The translations under genes and the position numbers were made by a program. A stretch of 64,000 bases of DNA from Candidatus Altiarchaeota archaeon. GTDB lineage: Archaea; Altiarchaeota; Altiarchaeia; IMC4; QMZM01. The stretch is from NCBI GenBank assembly GCA_038891095.1, contig JAWAEV010000001.1:318705-382704 (forward strand), given 5' to 3'. The notes beneath the pieces are model-generated. The model saw nothing but the letters and a program-made list of their open reading frames with translations. It was not told the origin of the DNA and did no database searches. Shown here one piece after another: positions 31,263 through 40,540 of this stretch (positions are counted from its first letter, which is position 1; every line of letters starts with the position of its first letter).

Positions 31263-31781
31263 TCATTTACTTGAATGTAAAGATTTGATTCGCTCCTCGC
31301 CATTTATCTTTTCTATGACTTCTAATGTTCCTTTTGGAACTAAATTTTTCCATTTTCTTCCTGATATGATTCTTTTTCTTATCTCTGTGCCAGAATAGTT
31401 CTTTCTGTTGAAAAGAGGAGTTGTTCTAACCTCGTAATTTCTATCTTTGAATAGTCTTTTTTCTAATTTTCCATTTGTGTAAACAACATCAAATTTTCCA
31501 ACAATTTTCTCGACATGAGAGACCCATTTTTTGTCATCTCCAATGTCTGGAATTTCGAAAATTTCATAAGGAATAGAGATATTTCCTCGCAATGATTTTT
31601 CAATCATCTCCCCTCTCTCAAAAGCTGAGAAAGGATTTTCTTCTGTATTTTTAAATTGCGAACTACCTATACCAATTTTTATCTTTATTATATCTTTTGA
31701 ATTTGATGCTTTTTTTATCAACATTAAATGTCCTAAGTGAAATGGTTGAAACCTTCCTATGATCAATGCTATTTTTTTCAT
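31263..31781 (-). CDS. nadM: nicotinamide-nucleotide adenylyltransferase
   Basis: GRFQPFHLGH, NPFSA.ER, SGTEIR; start at MKKIAL. Confidence 0.95.
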   Translation of the reverse strand: MKKIALIIGRFQPFHLGHLMLIKKASNSKDIIKIKIGIGSSQFKNTEENPFSAFERGEMIEKSLRGNISIPYEIFEIPDIGDDKKWVSHVEKIVGKFDVVYTNGKLEKRLFKDRNYEVRTTPLFNRKNYSGTEIRKRIISGRKWKNLVPKGTLEVIEKINGEERIKSLHSSK

Positions 31782-31871
31782 ACAATTTAACTTCTGAATA
31801 TTATATATAAGTGAGATTCCGGAGAAAATTAATTGGAAGCACTCGTTTTTAGGTATATAAAAACACTTAAG

Positions 31872-33386
31872 ATGGAAATTGGTCAAGTAATTGGAGCAAC
31901 AACATTGAGAGCATTTCGCTTTGTTATAAAAGAGGGCCAAGAAAAATATGCTAAGAGAGATGAATTTGTTTCTGTAAAAGAATCCGTAACTGGAAAGGAA
32001 GTTTTAGGTGTAATAAAAGAGATCACAATCTCAAATGAACTCTTGCCGGAAGAATTTGGTAGAGATTTAAGGTTGGAGGAAATTGCTCTTAATGAGGGCG
32101 AGTATCCTGTGCCAACAGTCAAAATTCTTGGCTATGAGGAAGATGGTAGCATAGAGCTTCCAAGATATGGTATTAAGCCTGGAACAAGCGTTGAATTAGC
32201 AAGTGATGAAACTCTGAGAAAAATTTTAAGGCAAAATGAAAAAAAATCTGCATTTATTGGCACTTTATCAACAAGAAAGTCTGTGCCAGTTTACATTTCA
32301 CTGAATGATATGATCTCAAGACATTGCGCAATTCTTGCGATGACAGGAGCTGGAAAAAGTTACACTGTTGGTGTTATCATTGAAGAAATAATGAAAAAGA
32401 AGGGCTCAGTGATTGTTGTTGATCCTCATGGTGAATATAAAAATATAAAAATTGAAGGTTCAAAAACAAAAGTCTATAACATTAAAGGTGAGAATAAGAT
32501 AAAGGTTGAGGCTTCTTCTCTAAGAATAGGTGATTTTTCAAATTTAATTCCAGACATTACTGATCCTCAAAGAGACCTCTTAGATGAAATACTTAGCAGA
32601 ATTTCAAAATTCTATGAAAAATTTAATTTAGATGCAATCATAAAAATTTTAAATTTGCTTTATGATATTAAGGAGGGCCTACCCTCTTCTGGAGAGGAGA
32701 TAATTCCTGATAGGGGACTTAAAGATTTAGCAAAAAAAGTTTCTACTGCGACGATTGGAGCATTACTTAGGAGAGTTGAAAGGTTAAGAAGAATGGAAAT
32801 TTTTGATGTAGAAGGCACAGCAATTGAAGAAATTGTTGCAAGAAATCAATTAACTGTTTTAGATCTTTCTGATGCAGATGAGAGAGTTTCTGAGACAATA
32901 GTTGCATCTATTGCAAGAAAAATTTTTGATATGCGAAGGAGATATGTTAAGGATAATGAAGGTGGTTTGGATATACCAACTTTTCTAATAATTGAGGAAG
33001 CACATAATTTTGCTCCAAGAGTTACTGAAGAGAGAGAGGTTTTATCAAAGTATGTATTGAGAAAAATTGCAAGAGAAGGAAGAAAATTTGGCGTAGGCCT
33101 TTGTATAGTCTCACAGCGTCCTGGGAAATTAGATTCTGACATTCTTTCCCAATGTAACACACAGATAATAATGAAAATTGTAAATCCTTCTGATCAGGAA
33201 TATATAAGGCAATCTGTAGAGAGTGTAACAGAAGATATAGTTAGAGATTTACCTTCTTTGGCAAGAGGGGAAGCAATAATTGTTGGCTCTGCAATAAAAT
33301 TGCCAGTGACTGTTAAAATAAGAAAAAGAGAGACTGAAGTTTTGGGTAATGATATTGATATAGTTGATGCTTGGAGTAAAGAATGA
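31872..33386 (+). CDS. herA: HerA-family ATPase (HAS barrel + DUF87)
   Basis: IGQVIG, RHCAILAMTGAGKS, DPHGEY, IEEAH, IAREGRKFG, SQRP. Confidence 0.88.
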   Translation: MEIGQVIGATTLRAFRFVIKEGQEKYAKRDEFVSVKESVTGKEVLGVIKEITISNELLPEEFGRDLRLEEIALNEGEYPVPTVKILGYEEDGSIELPRYGIKPGTSVELASDETLRKILRQNEKKSAFIGTLSTRKSVPVYISLNDMISRHCAILAMTGAGKSYTVGVIIEEIMKKKGSVIVVDPHGEYKNIKIEGSKTKVYNIKGENKIKVEASSLRIGDFSNLIPDITDPQRDLLDEILSRISKFYEKFNLDAIIKILNLLYDIKEGLPSSGEEIIPDRGLKDLAKKVSTATIGALLRRVERLRRMEIFDVEGTAIEEIVARNQLTVLDLSDADERVSETIVASIARKIFDMRRRYVKDNEGGLDIPTFLIIEEAHNFAPRVTEEREVLSKYVLRKIAREGRKFGVGLCIVSQRPGKLDSDILSQCNTQIIMKIVNPSDQEYIRQSVESVTEDIVRDLPSLARGEAIIVGSAIKLPVTVKIRKRETEVLGNDIDIVDAWSKE

Positions 33387-33391
33387 ACTAT

Positions 33392-33488
33392 ATTTCTAAA
33401 TTTAAAAGTAAAACCAACTTACTAAGTAGGAACATAGAAAAGATCTTCGATATAGTTCTAGTTACTCCTACTTTTATCATTTAGAAAT
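33392..33488. repeat. long imperfect inverted repeat between convergent herA and tRNA-Ser
   Basis: ATTTCTAAATTTAAAAGTA vs TACTTTTATCATTTAGAAAT, with nested AAGTAGGA/TCCTACTT. Confidence 0.5.
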
Positions 33489-33616
33489 TTCTTTTTCTTT
33501 TGTGAATGAAAGCACTTTATTTTTTAAAAAAAAGGCTTCTAATGATAAAAAATTAAGAATGTAATGCGCTTATATCTCAAGTAAAAAGATATAAAGAAGG
33601 GATAGCGTTAGTGATC

Positions 33617-33659
33617 TCTATTTCTTTCCCTCAATTTTCTCTATTTAAAAAGAAATAGA
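33617..33659 (-). terminator. hairpin just downstream of tRNA-Ser
   Basis: TCTATTTCTTT (33617-33627) pairs with AAAGAAATAGA (33649-33659), 5 nt from the tRNA 3' end. Confidence 0.35.
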
Positions 33660-33664
33660 AAGTT

Positions 33665-33752
33665 CGCCGAGGTTGGGATTTGAACCCAAGCCCCCCAGTT
33701 GGAGGACAAGCTCTCAAGGCTTGCGCGTTAGTCCGAACTCCGCCACCTCGGC
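33665..33752 (-). tRNA. tRNA-Ser(TGA)
   Basis: GCCGAGG acceptor, CAAGC-CT-TGA-GA-GCTTG anticodon arm, long variable arm, TTGGG-TTCAAAT-CCCAA, G discriminator. Confidence 0.95.
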
Positions 33753-33822
33753 ATTTAAACTTATGACTACATTAAAAAATCAAACTTCAATTTAATATTA
33801 TGAAATTATATGAAAATATGAA

Positions 33823-34455
33823 ATGATTTCAGAGATAATAAATAACTCGCTCTCTTCGAATACATATATTTTGTTTGATGAAAAAACAGCAATAATTGAT
33901 CCAGGAATTTCAGAGAAAAAATTGTTAGGTAAAATTAATGAAACAGCTGTGAGTTATATAATTTTAACACATTGTCATTATGACCATATCGCTTGTGCAA
34001 AAAAATTAAAAGAAATTACAAATGCAAAAGTTTTAGCTCATTACTTCTCTGAGGAAATTTTTAGAAGTTCTCTCAGGAAAAAAATTATACTTTCCGAACT
34101 TTTTAGTGCAGAGGATATTAAACTTGAAATTGACATAAAATTGAAAGAAGGTGACGAAATAAATTTAGGTTATATGAAATTAAAAATTCTTCATACTCCA
34201 GGACATACAAAAGATAGCATTTGCCTCTATGAAGAAAAAACAAAGTCATTATTTTCTGGAGATACTGTCTTTAAAGACAGTATCGGTAGAGCGGACTTTC
34301 CAACTGGTAATTTTAAAGAGCTTAAAATTTCAATAGAAAAATTGATTAATTTAGATGAAAATTGTGGCATAGAAAAAATTTATCCCGGACATGGAGAAAC
34401 TTTCACTTCCAGAGATATAAAAGAAATTTACAAATACTTTTTCAAAGATGGTTAG
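33823..34455 (+). CDS. MBL-fold metallo-hydrolase (glyoxalase II-like)
   Basis: THCHYDH, HTPGH, FSGD, PGHG. Confidence 0.93.
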   Translation: MISEIINNSLSSNTYILFDEKTAIIDPGISEKKLLGKINETAVSYIILTHCHYDHIACAKKLKEITNAKVLAHYFSEEIFRSSLRKKIILSELFSAEDIKLEIDIKLKEGDEINLGYMKLKILHTPGHTKDSICLYEEKTKSLFSGDTVFKDSIGRADFPTGNFKELKISIEKLINLDENCGIEKIYPGHGETFTSRDIKEIYKYFFKDG

Positions 34456-36160
34456 AATTGCGGTTTTGGATAAGGACAGATGCAATAGCAAAGATTGTGG
34501 ATTTCTTTGCATAAAAATTTGCCCAAAAGTTAAAACAGGTAATGAAACTATTGTTGTTGATAAAGAAACAAACAAACCAATAATTTATGAGTCATTATGT
34601 TCCGGATGTGGAATTTGCGTTAAGAAATGCCCTTATGAAGCAATACAGATAATAAACCTTCCTGAAGAACTTTCAGAACCAGTACACCAATATGGAGTTA
34701 ATGGATTTAGGCTTTATAATTTACCTTCGCCAAGAGAAGGCATTGTCGGAATTCTTGGAAGCAATGGGATTGGAAAAACAACATTGCTTAGGATTCTTGC
34801 TGGTGAAATAAAGCCTAACTTAGGCAAAGAAATTGCAACTTGGGATGAGATTATTGATAAATTTCGTGGCAAGGAAATTCAAGACTATCTAAAGAAACTC
34901 TCTGAAAAGAAAATAAGAGTTGTGCATAAACCACAATTCGTTGACATTATAGCAAGAAAATTAAAAGGTGAAGTCTCTGAAATTCTAAGCAAAGTTGATG
35001 AAAATTCTAAACTAAATGAAATTGCAGAGAAGCTAAACATGGAAAATTCTCTAAGAAAAAAAATTTCTGAACTTAGTGGTGGTGAGCTTCAAAAAGTTGC
35101 AATTGCAGCTGCACTGCTAAGAGATGCTGATGTTTATCTTTTTGATGAACCTTCTGCTTATCTTGATATAAAAGAAAGATTGAATATTGCAAAGGTCATT
35201 CGTGAGTTAAATGGAGTAGTTTTTGTTGTTGAGCATGATCTAGTTATTCTTGACTATTTATCAGATTATGTGCATGTTGTTTATGGCTCACCAAGAGCTT
35301 ATGGAATTGTCTCAAATATAAAAAGCGTGAGAGTAGGGATAAATGAGTATCTTCTCGGATTTTTAAAGTCAGAAAGAATTCGATTTAGAGATGAGGTAAA
35401 ATTTGATGTGACACCAAGAAAAATTAAAAAAGAACTTCTGCCATTAGTTTCATATCCAAAATTATCTAAGAAATATGAAAATTTTGAGCTAGAAATTTCA
35501 GAAGGAGAATTACATATGAAAGAGACTATTGGAATTCTCGGCCAAAATGCAACAGGAAAAACAACATTCATGAAAATTCTTGCATCTGAAATTGAGCATG
35601 AAAATGGAAAACTTGAACTTGGACTTAAAATTGCTTATAAACCACAATACATATCAACATCTGAAAATTTAGTTTCAAATTTGAGTATAAAAGAGGAAAT
35701 AGCACAGCATTTTAATCTAAAATTCCTTATGAATAAAAAAATTTCTGAGCTTAGTGGTGGCGAGCTTCAAAAAGTTGCAATTGCAGATTGTCTATCAAAA
35801 GATGCAGACATTTACTTGCTTGACGAACCATCTGCTTATCTTGACATTGAAGAGCGCTTAAAACTTTCAAAATATTTAGAAAAATTTTCAGAAGAAAAAT
35901 CTGTAGCAATGCTTATAGTTGACCATGATATCTTGCTAATTGACACACTCTCAAATAAGTTGATTATATTCTCAAAGGAATCTCAGAATAAAGGTAAGGC
36001 CTCTAAACCAATGGAGCTAAGAGATGGTATGAACACTTTTCTCAAGGAAATGAATTTGACATTTAGAAGAGATCCTGAAACAGGAAGACCAAGAGCAAAT
36101 AAACCTGATAGTGTTAAAGACAGAGAGCAGAGAGAAATTGGCGAATATTACTATGTTTAA
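34448..36160 (+). CDS. rli1: ribosome recycling ATPase ABCE1/Rli1
   Basis: N-terminal 2x[4Fe-4S] Cys motifs, two ABC domains (LSGGELQ), TFRRDPETGRPRANK. Confidence 0.97.
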   Translation: MVRIAVLDKDRCNSKDCGFLCIKICPKVKTGNETIVVDKETNKPIIYESLCSGCGICVKKCPYEAIQIINLPEELSEPVHQYGVNGFRLYNLPSPREGIVGILGSNGIGKTTLLRILAGEIKPNLGKEIATWDEIIDKFRGKEIQDYLKKLSEKKIRVVHKPQFVDIIARKLKGEVSEILSKVDENSKLNEIAEKLNMENSLRKKISELSGGELQKVAIAAALLRDADVYLFDEPSAYLDIKERLNIAKVIRELNGVVFVVEHDLVILDYLSDYVHVVYGSPRAYGIVSNIKSVRVGINEYLLGFLKSERIRFRDEVKFDVTPRKIKKELLPLVSYPKLSKKYENFELEISEGELHMKETIGILGQNATGKTTFMKILASEIEHENGKLELGLKIAYKPQYISTSENLVSNLSIKEEIAQHFNLKFLMNKKISELSGGELQKVAIADCLSKDADIYLLDEPSAYLDIEERLKLSKYLEKFSEEKSVAMLIVDHDILLIDTLSNKLIIFSKESQNKGKASKPMELRDGMNTFLKEMNLTFRRDPETGRPRANKPDSVKDREQREIGEYYYV

Positions 36161-36381
36161 ATTTCAACTTCAAATCCTTTCTCTTTTAAAATTCTAATTA
36201 ATTCTTCTAAATTTTTTCCTTGCTTTTTGATTCCTTGCCTTAATGTTGTTATTCTACCAAGAGTATTTCTCATAACAGGATTTTTTACACCTAAAAAACC
36301 TCGTTCATAAAGTATTTCAATTAGCTCAGGGTATTGATCTGTGAGTTCAAAAATGCTCTTATCAATACTTATCTTTTTCAT
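36157..36381 (-). CDS. DUF1858 small protein
   Basis: SIFEL...YPELIEIL...GF....NP.MRNT.GR..TL; typical partner of DUF438 proteins. Confidence 0.85.
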   Translation of the reverse strand: MKKISIDKSIFELTDQYPELIEILYERGFLGVKNPVMRNTLGRITTLRQGIKKQGKNLEELIRILKEKGFEVEI

Positions 36382-37538
36382 AGCAATCTTTTTTCACCTT
36401 CAAGTTTTCTTATCTCTGTGATATCTTGTATTACTTCTAATGTGCCTAAATACACTCCATTTTGGTCTCTTATAGCGAAATATCTTATATGCACAAATCT
36501 ACCTTTAAAATTTATCCAAAATTCTGCAACATCTCTTTTGCCTGATTTAAAATCATTTAATATTTCTTCAACTTTATCTAAGCTTTGTGGTGGATGACAA
36601 TTCCTTACATTTCTCTTAAGAACTGCTCTTGGTCTTAGGAATATTCTATTTTTTGTTTCTGAGAAATATGCAACTGTGTCATTTTTATCAATGAATGTTA
36701 TATCAACTGGTAAATTATTCAATATGTTCACCAACTCTTCTAATGATAATTCTCCTGAAGGAAATTCTATTATTCCGTCATGGTAAACTGGCTCCTCAAC
36801 TGTTGTTCTTTTGATTTCTTCAACAAGTTTTTCTATGTCTTTTGGAGCTTCTATATAACAGTAGCCAACATCCCTACTCTGTTTTAGAATTTCTATCCAA
36901 TCATCAATTTTTAGTTTTTCTAAAGACACTGGAAACAAAATGTTCTCTTCTTTGAAAATCATCCCCTCAATTTCTTCAATTAGAGGTTTTAAAAAATGTG
37001 TTAGGTCTTCAGTTTCAACAATGTCAACTTTATTAATCGCATCTCTTAACATCTGCCTTATATCATTGTGCTTACCCCACATAACTTTTGATGGTCCATA
37101 AAATCCCGCTCTCTCTAAGTAGGGGAAAAGCAATTGCTCTTTTCTTGTATAATGCTTATCTATATCTCTGAGTTTGTATAACAATTCTCTAATTTTCTCT
37201 TTTTTTCTTTCTCCCTTTAGTTGAGATAAAATTTTTTCTATTTCTCTATTCTCAAGTTTAAAAATGTATATTGGATGCGCATTTGAAACTTCTTTTAGCT
37301 CCTGCTTTAATGCTGTTTCGAAAAGCAGTGCATGTACATTACAAAATTTTTTTATTTCCTCAACTGTGATGCCTTCATTTATCAATGATTGCTCAATTTC
37401 AGCGATTTCATGAGAGGTTATTGTGCCAATTTCTTTAAGTAGGATTTCTTCTGCTTTTTCAAAACTTAAGCCTTGATGTAGTTGCTTTATTATTTCTTTT
37501 ACAACTTCTTTCTTTTTGTTTTTAAGAATTTCGGCCAT
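36378..37538 (-). CDS. DUF438 + hemerythrin-like + PAS domain protein
   Basis: FCNVHA, HYTRKEQLLFP, VMW.KH, MIFKEENILFP; PAS_10-like PVDITFID...CHPP.S. Confidence 0.9.
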   Translation of the reverse strand: MAEILKNKKKEVVKEIIKQLHQGLSFEKAEEILLKEIGTITSHEIAEIEQSLINEGITVEEIKKFCNVHALLFETALKQELKEVSNAHPIYIFKLENREIEKILSQLKGERKKEKIRELLYKLRDIDKHYTRKEQLLFPYLERAGFYGPSKVMWGKHNDIRQMLRDAINKVDIVETEDLTHFLKPLIEEIEGMIFKEENILFPVSLEKLKIDDWIEILKQSRDVGYCYIEAPKDIEKLVEEIKRTTVEEPVYHDGIIEFPSGELSLEELVNILNNLPVDITFIDKNDTVAYFSETKNRIFLRPRAVLKRNVRNCHPPQSLDKVEEILNDFKSGKRDVAEFWINFKGRFVHIRYFAIRDQNGVYLGTLEVIQDITEIRKLEGEKRLL

Positions 37539-38076
37539 TTCTTCTAAGATAAATTTTTCCTAATTTTTCAACTAAGTTGTGATATTTCCTATGAACACCT
37601 TCGCCAATTTCTTCTCTTTCAAATTTTTTAAATTTATTAAAAAGCTCATTTTGAGTTTTATCTGAGAGATGTGCATCTGCCACCATGTAGAGAATATTAT
37701 TCTCCTTAGATATATGTTCCCTCAGAAGAGTTATATAGCTAATTGCATTTTTTTCTATCTTTTCTTTATCTTTTTGTTCAATACCACTTGCTATTTCTCT
37801 CACATATGCTCTACCAATTTCATGTTCAGTGAGCATTACACCTATTGGACCATCTTCCTTTGGAATTCCTGCTCTCTCCATTGCAGGAAATAATAAATCT
37901 TCCTCTTTATGATGATGACACTTATCAGCAAATGTTCTAATGAAATCAACTATTTCAGCTAAATGCTCGTAGTTAACTTCTTTTTCTATTTTTGAATTTT
38001 CAGAAATTTTTTCTAAGATATCCAACATTTTTTCTATAATTTTATGCTCCTCCTTGAGTATTTTTGTAATTTTCAT
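37522..38076 (-). CDS. hemerythrin HHE domain protein
   Basis: EEH, HHHKEEDLLFP, GPI.VM..EH, HI.KEN.ILY. Confidence 0.92.
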   Translation of the reverse strand: MKITKILKEEHKIIEKMLDILEKISENSKIEKEVNYEHLAEIVDFIRTFADKCHHHKEEDLLFPAMERAGIPKEDGPIGVMLTEHEIGRAYVREIASGIEQKDKEKIEKNAISYITLLREHISKENNILYMVADAHLSDKTQNELFNKFKKFEREEIGEGVHRKYHNLVEKLGKIYLRRNGRNS

Positions 38077-38088
38077 TTTTGTATTTAA

Positions 38089-38103
38089 GTATACTTTGTA
38101 TAC
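38089..38103. promoter_or_regulatory. perfect GTATA-N5-TATAC palindrome upstream of the hemerythrin operon
   Basis: GTATActttgTATAC, 12 bp from the start codon at 38076. Confidence 0.55.
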
Positions 38104-38456
38104 CTAAGCTTATACTATTAAGAATTTCACATTTATAAATTAAATCTTTCTAAACTTTTCTTAGGATAAAATTATCATTTAAAATATTGCCAAAGAACTC
38201 TAACAAAGATATGTTTTTGGCTATCTCATCAACATTAATTGAAATTTTAAGGGGATAATAAAGACAGAGACTACATATGATCGATATTGCGAGAAATTAG
38301 AAAGGTGCCTTTTAATAAAATTCAAAAAGAGATCAACTTTTGGGGAGAACTTATATATAGCTACTTAAACATTTAGATGCTCGATACTAAGAAAATTCTA
38401 ATTTATAAAGGCATCTGCTTAATAAAATACTAAATTTTCTTAGAGAGGTGAAGCAA

Positions 38457-38576
38457 ATGAAGAAATTTGAAGATGAAGAGGAAGATGAGGAAACATATGA
38501 TGAAGAGGAAACATATGATGAAGAAGAGGTAGACGAAGATTTAAGCGAAGAAGACGAAGAAAGCGACTGGGAATAA
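38457..38576 (+). CDS. 39-aa extremely acidic peptide
   Basis: MKKFEDEEEDEETYDEEETYDEEEVDEDLSEEDEESDWE*; GAGGTGA RBS just upstream and TTTATAAA at ~38402. Confidence 0.65.
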   Translation: MKKFEDEEEDEETYDEEETYDEEEVDEDLSEEDEESDWE

Positions 38577-38654
38577 ATTATGTGAGTTCTTCTCATAAGA
38601 AAATTGTAGCTATTTCCTCTCTTCTTTTTTATTTTTTAGCATTTTCCTCTTCAT

Positions 38655-39107
38655 ATGGAATTTGTAAAAGAAAAAAATATTTGCATAAGGAAATTTAAAT
38701 ATTCTGATTTATTTGATGTTGTTAACATAGAGTATTCTGTATTCAAAGAGTATGAACACTTTGGACTTTATGACTTTCATTTTTATCATAAATATTACCC
38801 TTCTTGTTTTCTTGTTGCTCAGAATTTAAAGACAAAAAAGATCATTGGATATGTTATATTTACTCCATATGGACATATAATTTCAATTGCAGTTGATCGA
38901 AAATACCAACACACTGGTGTTGGTAGGAGATTACTTCTAAAGGCTTTTAGTATTTCAAGAAGAGTATGGCTCGAGGTTGATGAACACAATAAAAAAGCGA
39001 TAAATTTTTATAAACATCTTGGGTTTCGGGAGAGAAAAATTGTTCAAAATTACTATAAAGAAGGTGAGAATGCTATTATTATGGAAAAAATTCTCAATAA
39101 GTTCTGA
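38655..39107 (+). CDS. RimI/Ard1-like GNAT N-acetyltransferase
   Basis: HIISIAV...YQ..GVG..LL, LEV...N..AI.FY..LGF, YY..GENA..M. Confidence 0.9.
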   Translation: MEFVKEKNICIRKFKYSDLFDVVNIEYSVFKEYEHFGLYDFHFYHKYYPSCFLVAQNLKTKKIIGYVIFTPYGHIISIAVDRKYQHTGVGRRLLLKAFSISRRVWLEVDEHNKKAINFYKHLGFRERKIVQNYYKEGENAIIMEKILNKF

Positions 39108-40386
39108 GGTAGCCCCAGTTGTGTAATTTGTCGCTGTCTTCATACCATCTATCCCCAATGTCTTTTCTATAAAACATATTTGGAATTATTATATTGTTAA
39201 TTTTACTATACATTCTATGTTGCGCCTCTCTCATAGTAGAGCCACAACCAACTACTACAAGGACAACTCCGCAATGACCAGTGATAACCCACTCGTTATT
39301 AACTTTCTTTACATCCTCAATATGAATTCCGCACATGTCAGGTTTTTTGAAAATTATAACTGCATCTTTTGAATGGGTTTCAAAACTTTCTTTATCATTA
39401 AATGGAAAAGGCGGCACAACAATCCTCGCACCGACTTGAAAACCACTTCTTGTTTTTAATTGAAATTTCTCACCTTTTGCTAACTTATAAAGAAATTCTC
39501 CCATTTGAGTTAACATGCCTTCTCTTTGGATACTTATTGTCGGATATCCAAATCTTGATGTAAATTCTAAAGGATAGATACCATAGTTATTCACAATGCA
39601 GTTTATATCAATATACCCAACATAATGCTCTTCTCTCAGTTTTGGCTCCATTTTTTTTAATGTTGCATTGAATAGTTTATTTGGCTCTGACCAAAACATA
39701 CTTGTGCCCATTTCACCAGTTGATGGTCCGAGATTTCCAGGAAACAATTTTTTATGCTCAAAATTTACATTTATTGGATAAATAAATTCATTACCATTGA
39801 AAAATGCTCCAACAGCAACTTCGACACCTGAAATTTTTTTCTGAAGTTGAAACTCCTTTATTTTGTTAGACCATTGCCTTTTATAGTGCTCCAAAACCTG
39901 GAGTACATCTCTGCCATCTTCTTCTTCGCCAACAAAGAGCATCTGTTTGAAATTTTGAGCTTCACCACTTGGCTTTATGACATATTTTCCAGGATTATTT
40001 TGCACAAATGAAATTGCATCTTCAAATGAATTAAAACTTTGATATGGAATTATTGGCACGCCTGCATTTTTTAATTCTTCTTGTCCAAAATTTCTATCAT
40101 CTTCTAACTTATCTGTATAAGGAGTCCCACCAACAACAAGTTTGCCTTCTTCTCTCAATTTTTTTGCTTTAGTTCCCTGTCCTAAAACATCATCAAATAC
40201 AATAACATCTGCCCAAGCAACTTCTTTCTGCCAGTCATCAGTCTTTGGAACAAAACCGTCGCCAATATCTTTCTCTGACTCTGTTTCGATGAAATACTTT
40301 ACATTATGTCCTTCTTTTGCAACTTCCCATGCAATATCAGTAATCAACGCATCAATTGAGATAAAGAGAAAATTTTTTGGCTCCAT
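39094..40386 (-). CDS. phosphoribosylamine--glycine ligase-like ATP-grasp protein (divergent PurD)
   Basis: LEDDR.FG, YVIKP.G, HKKLF.GN.GPSTGEMG, LEFTSRFG.P, YRKDIG. Confidence 0.8.
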   Translation of the reverse strand: MEPKNFLFISIDALITDIAWEVAKEGHNVKYFIETESEKDIGDGFVPKTDDWQKEVAWADVIVFDDVLGQGTKAKKLREEGKLVVGGTPYTDKLEDDRNFGQEELKNAGVPIIPYQSFNSFEDAISFVQNNPGKYVIKPSGEAQNFKQMLFVGEEEDGRDVLQVLEHYKRQWSNKIKEFQLQKKISGVEVAVGAFFNGNEFIYPINVNFEHKKLFPGNLGPSTGEMGTSMFWSEPNKLFNATLKKMEPKLREEHYVGYIDINCIVNNYGIYPLEFTSRFGYPTISIQREGMLTQMGEFLYKLAKGEKFQLKTRSGFQVGARIVVPPFPFNDKESFETHSKDAVIIFKKPDMCGIHIEDVKKVNNEWVITGHCGVVLVVVGCGSTMREAQHRMYSKINNIIIPNMFYRKDIGDRWYEDSDKLHNWGYLRTY

Positions 40387-40540
40387 AGAAATTTAAATTT
40401 TATATTTATTTATTATACTAGAAAATAAAAAAATTATCCAAAAATCTTAATCAAAAATAAATTGCAATAAAAAATTATTGTGTGATTTAAAAATTTCCCT
40501 TTTTATATTCAGCTACATAAATTTAATTTAATGAGGTAAA

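Noticed and set aside
31781-31940. N-terminal extensions of nadM and herA in the ORF track (also cdc48, trpS, eif6, fumarase beta)
   Set aside because: Upstream non-ATG or overlapping starts; homology begins at the later ATGs used above.
38110-38400. Long intergenic region as possible ncRNA or remnant
   Set aside because: No convincing stem-loop, C/D box pair or ORF found by eye.
38387-38596. Ser-rich 69-aa minus-strand ORF
   Set aside because: Mirror of the plus-strand acidic peptide, which has the RBS.
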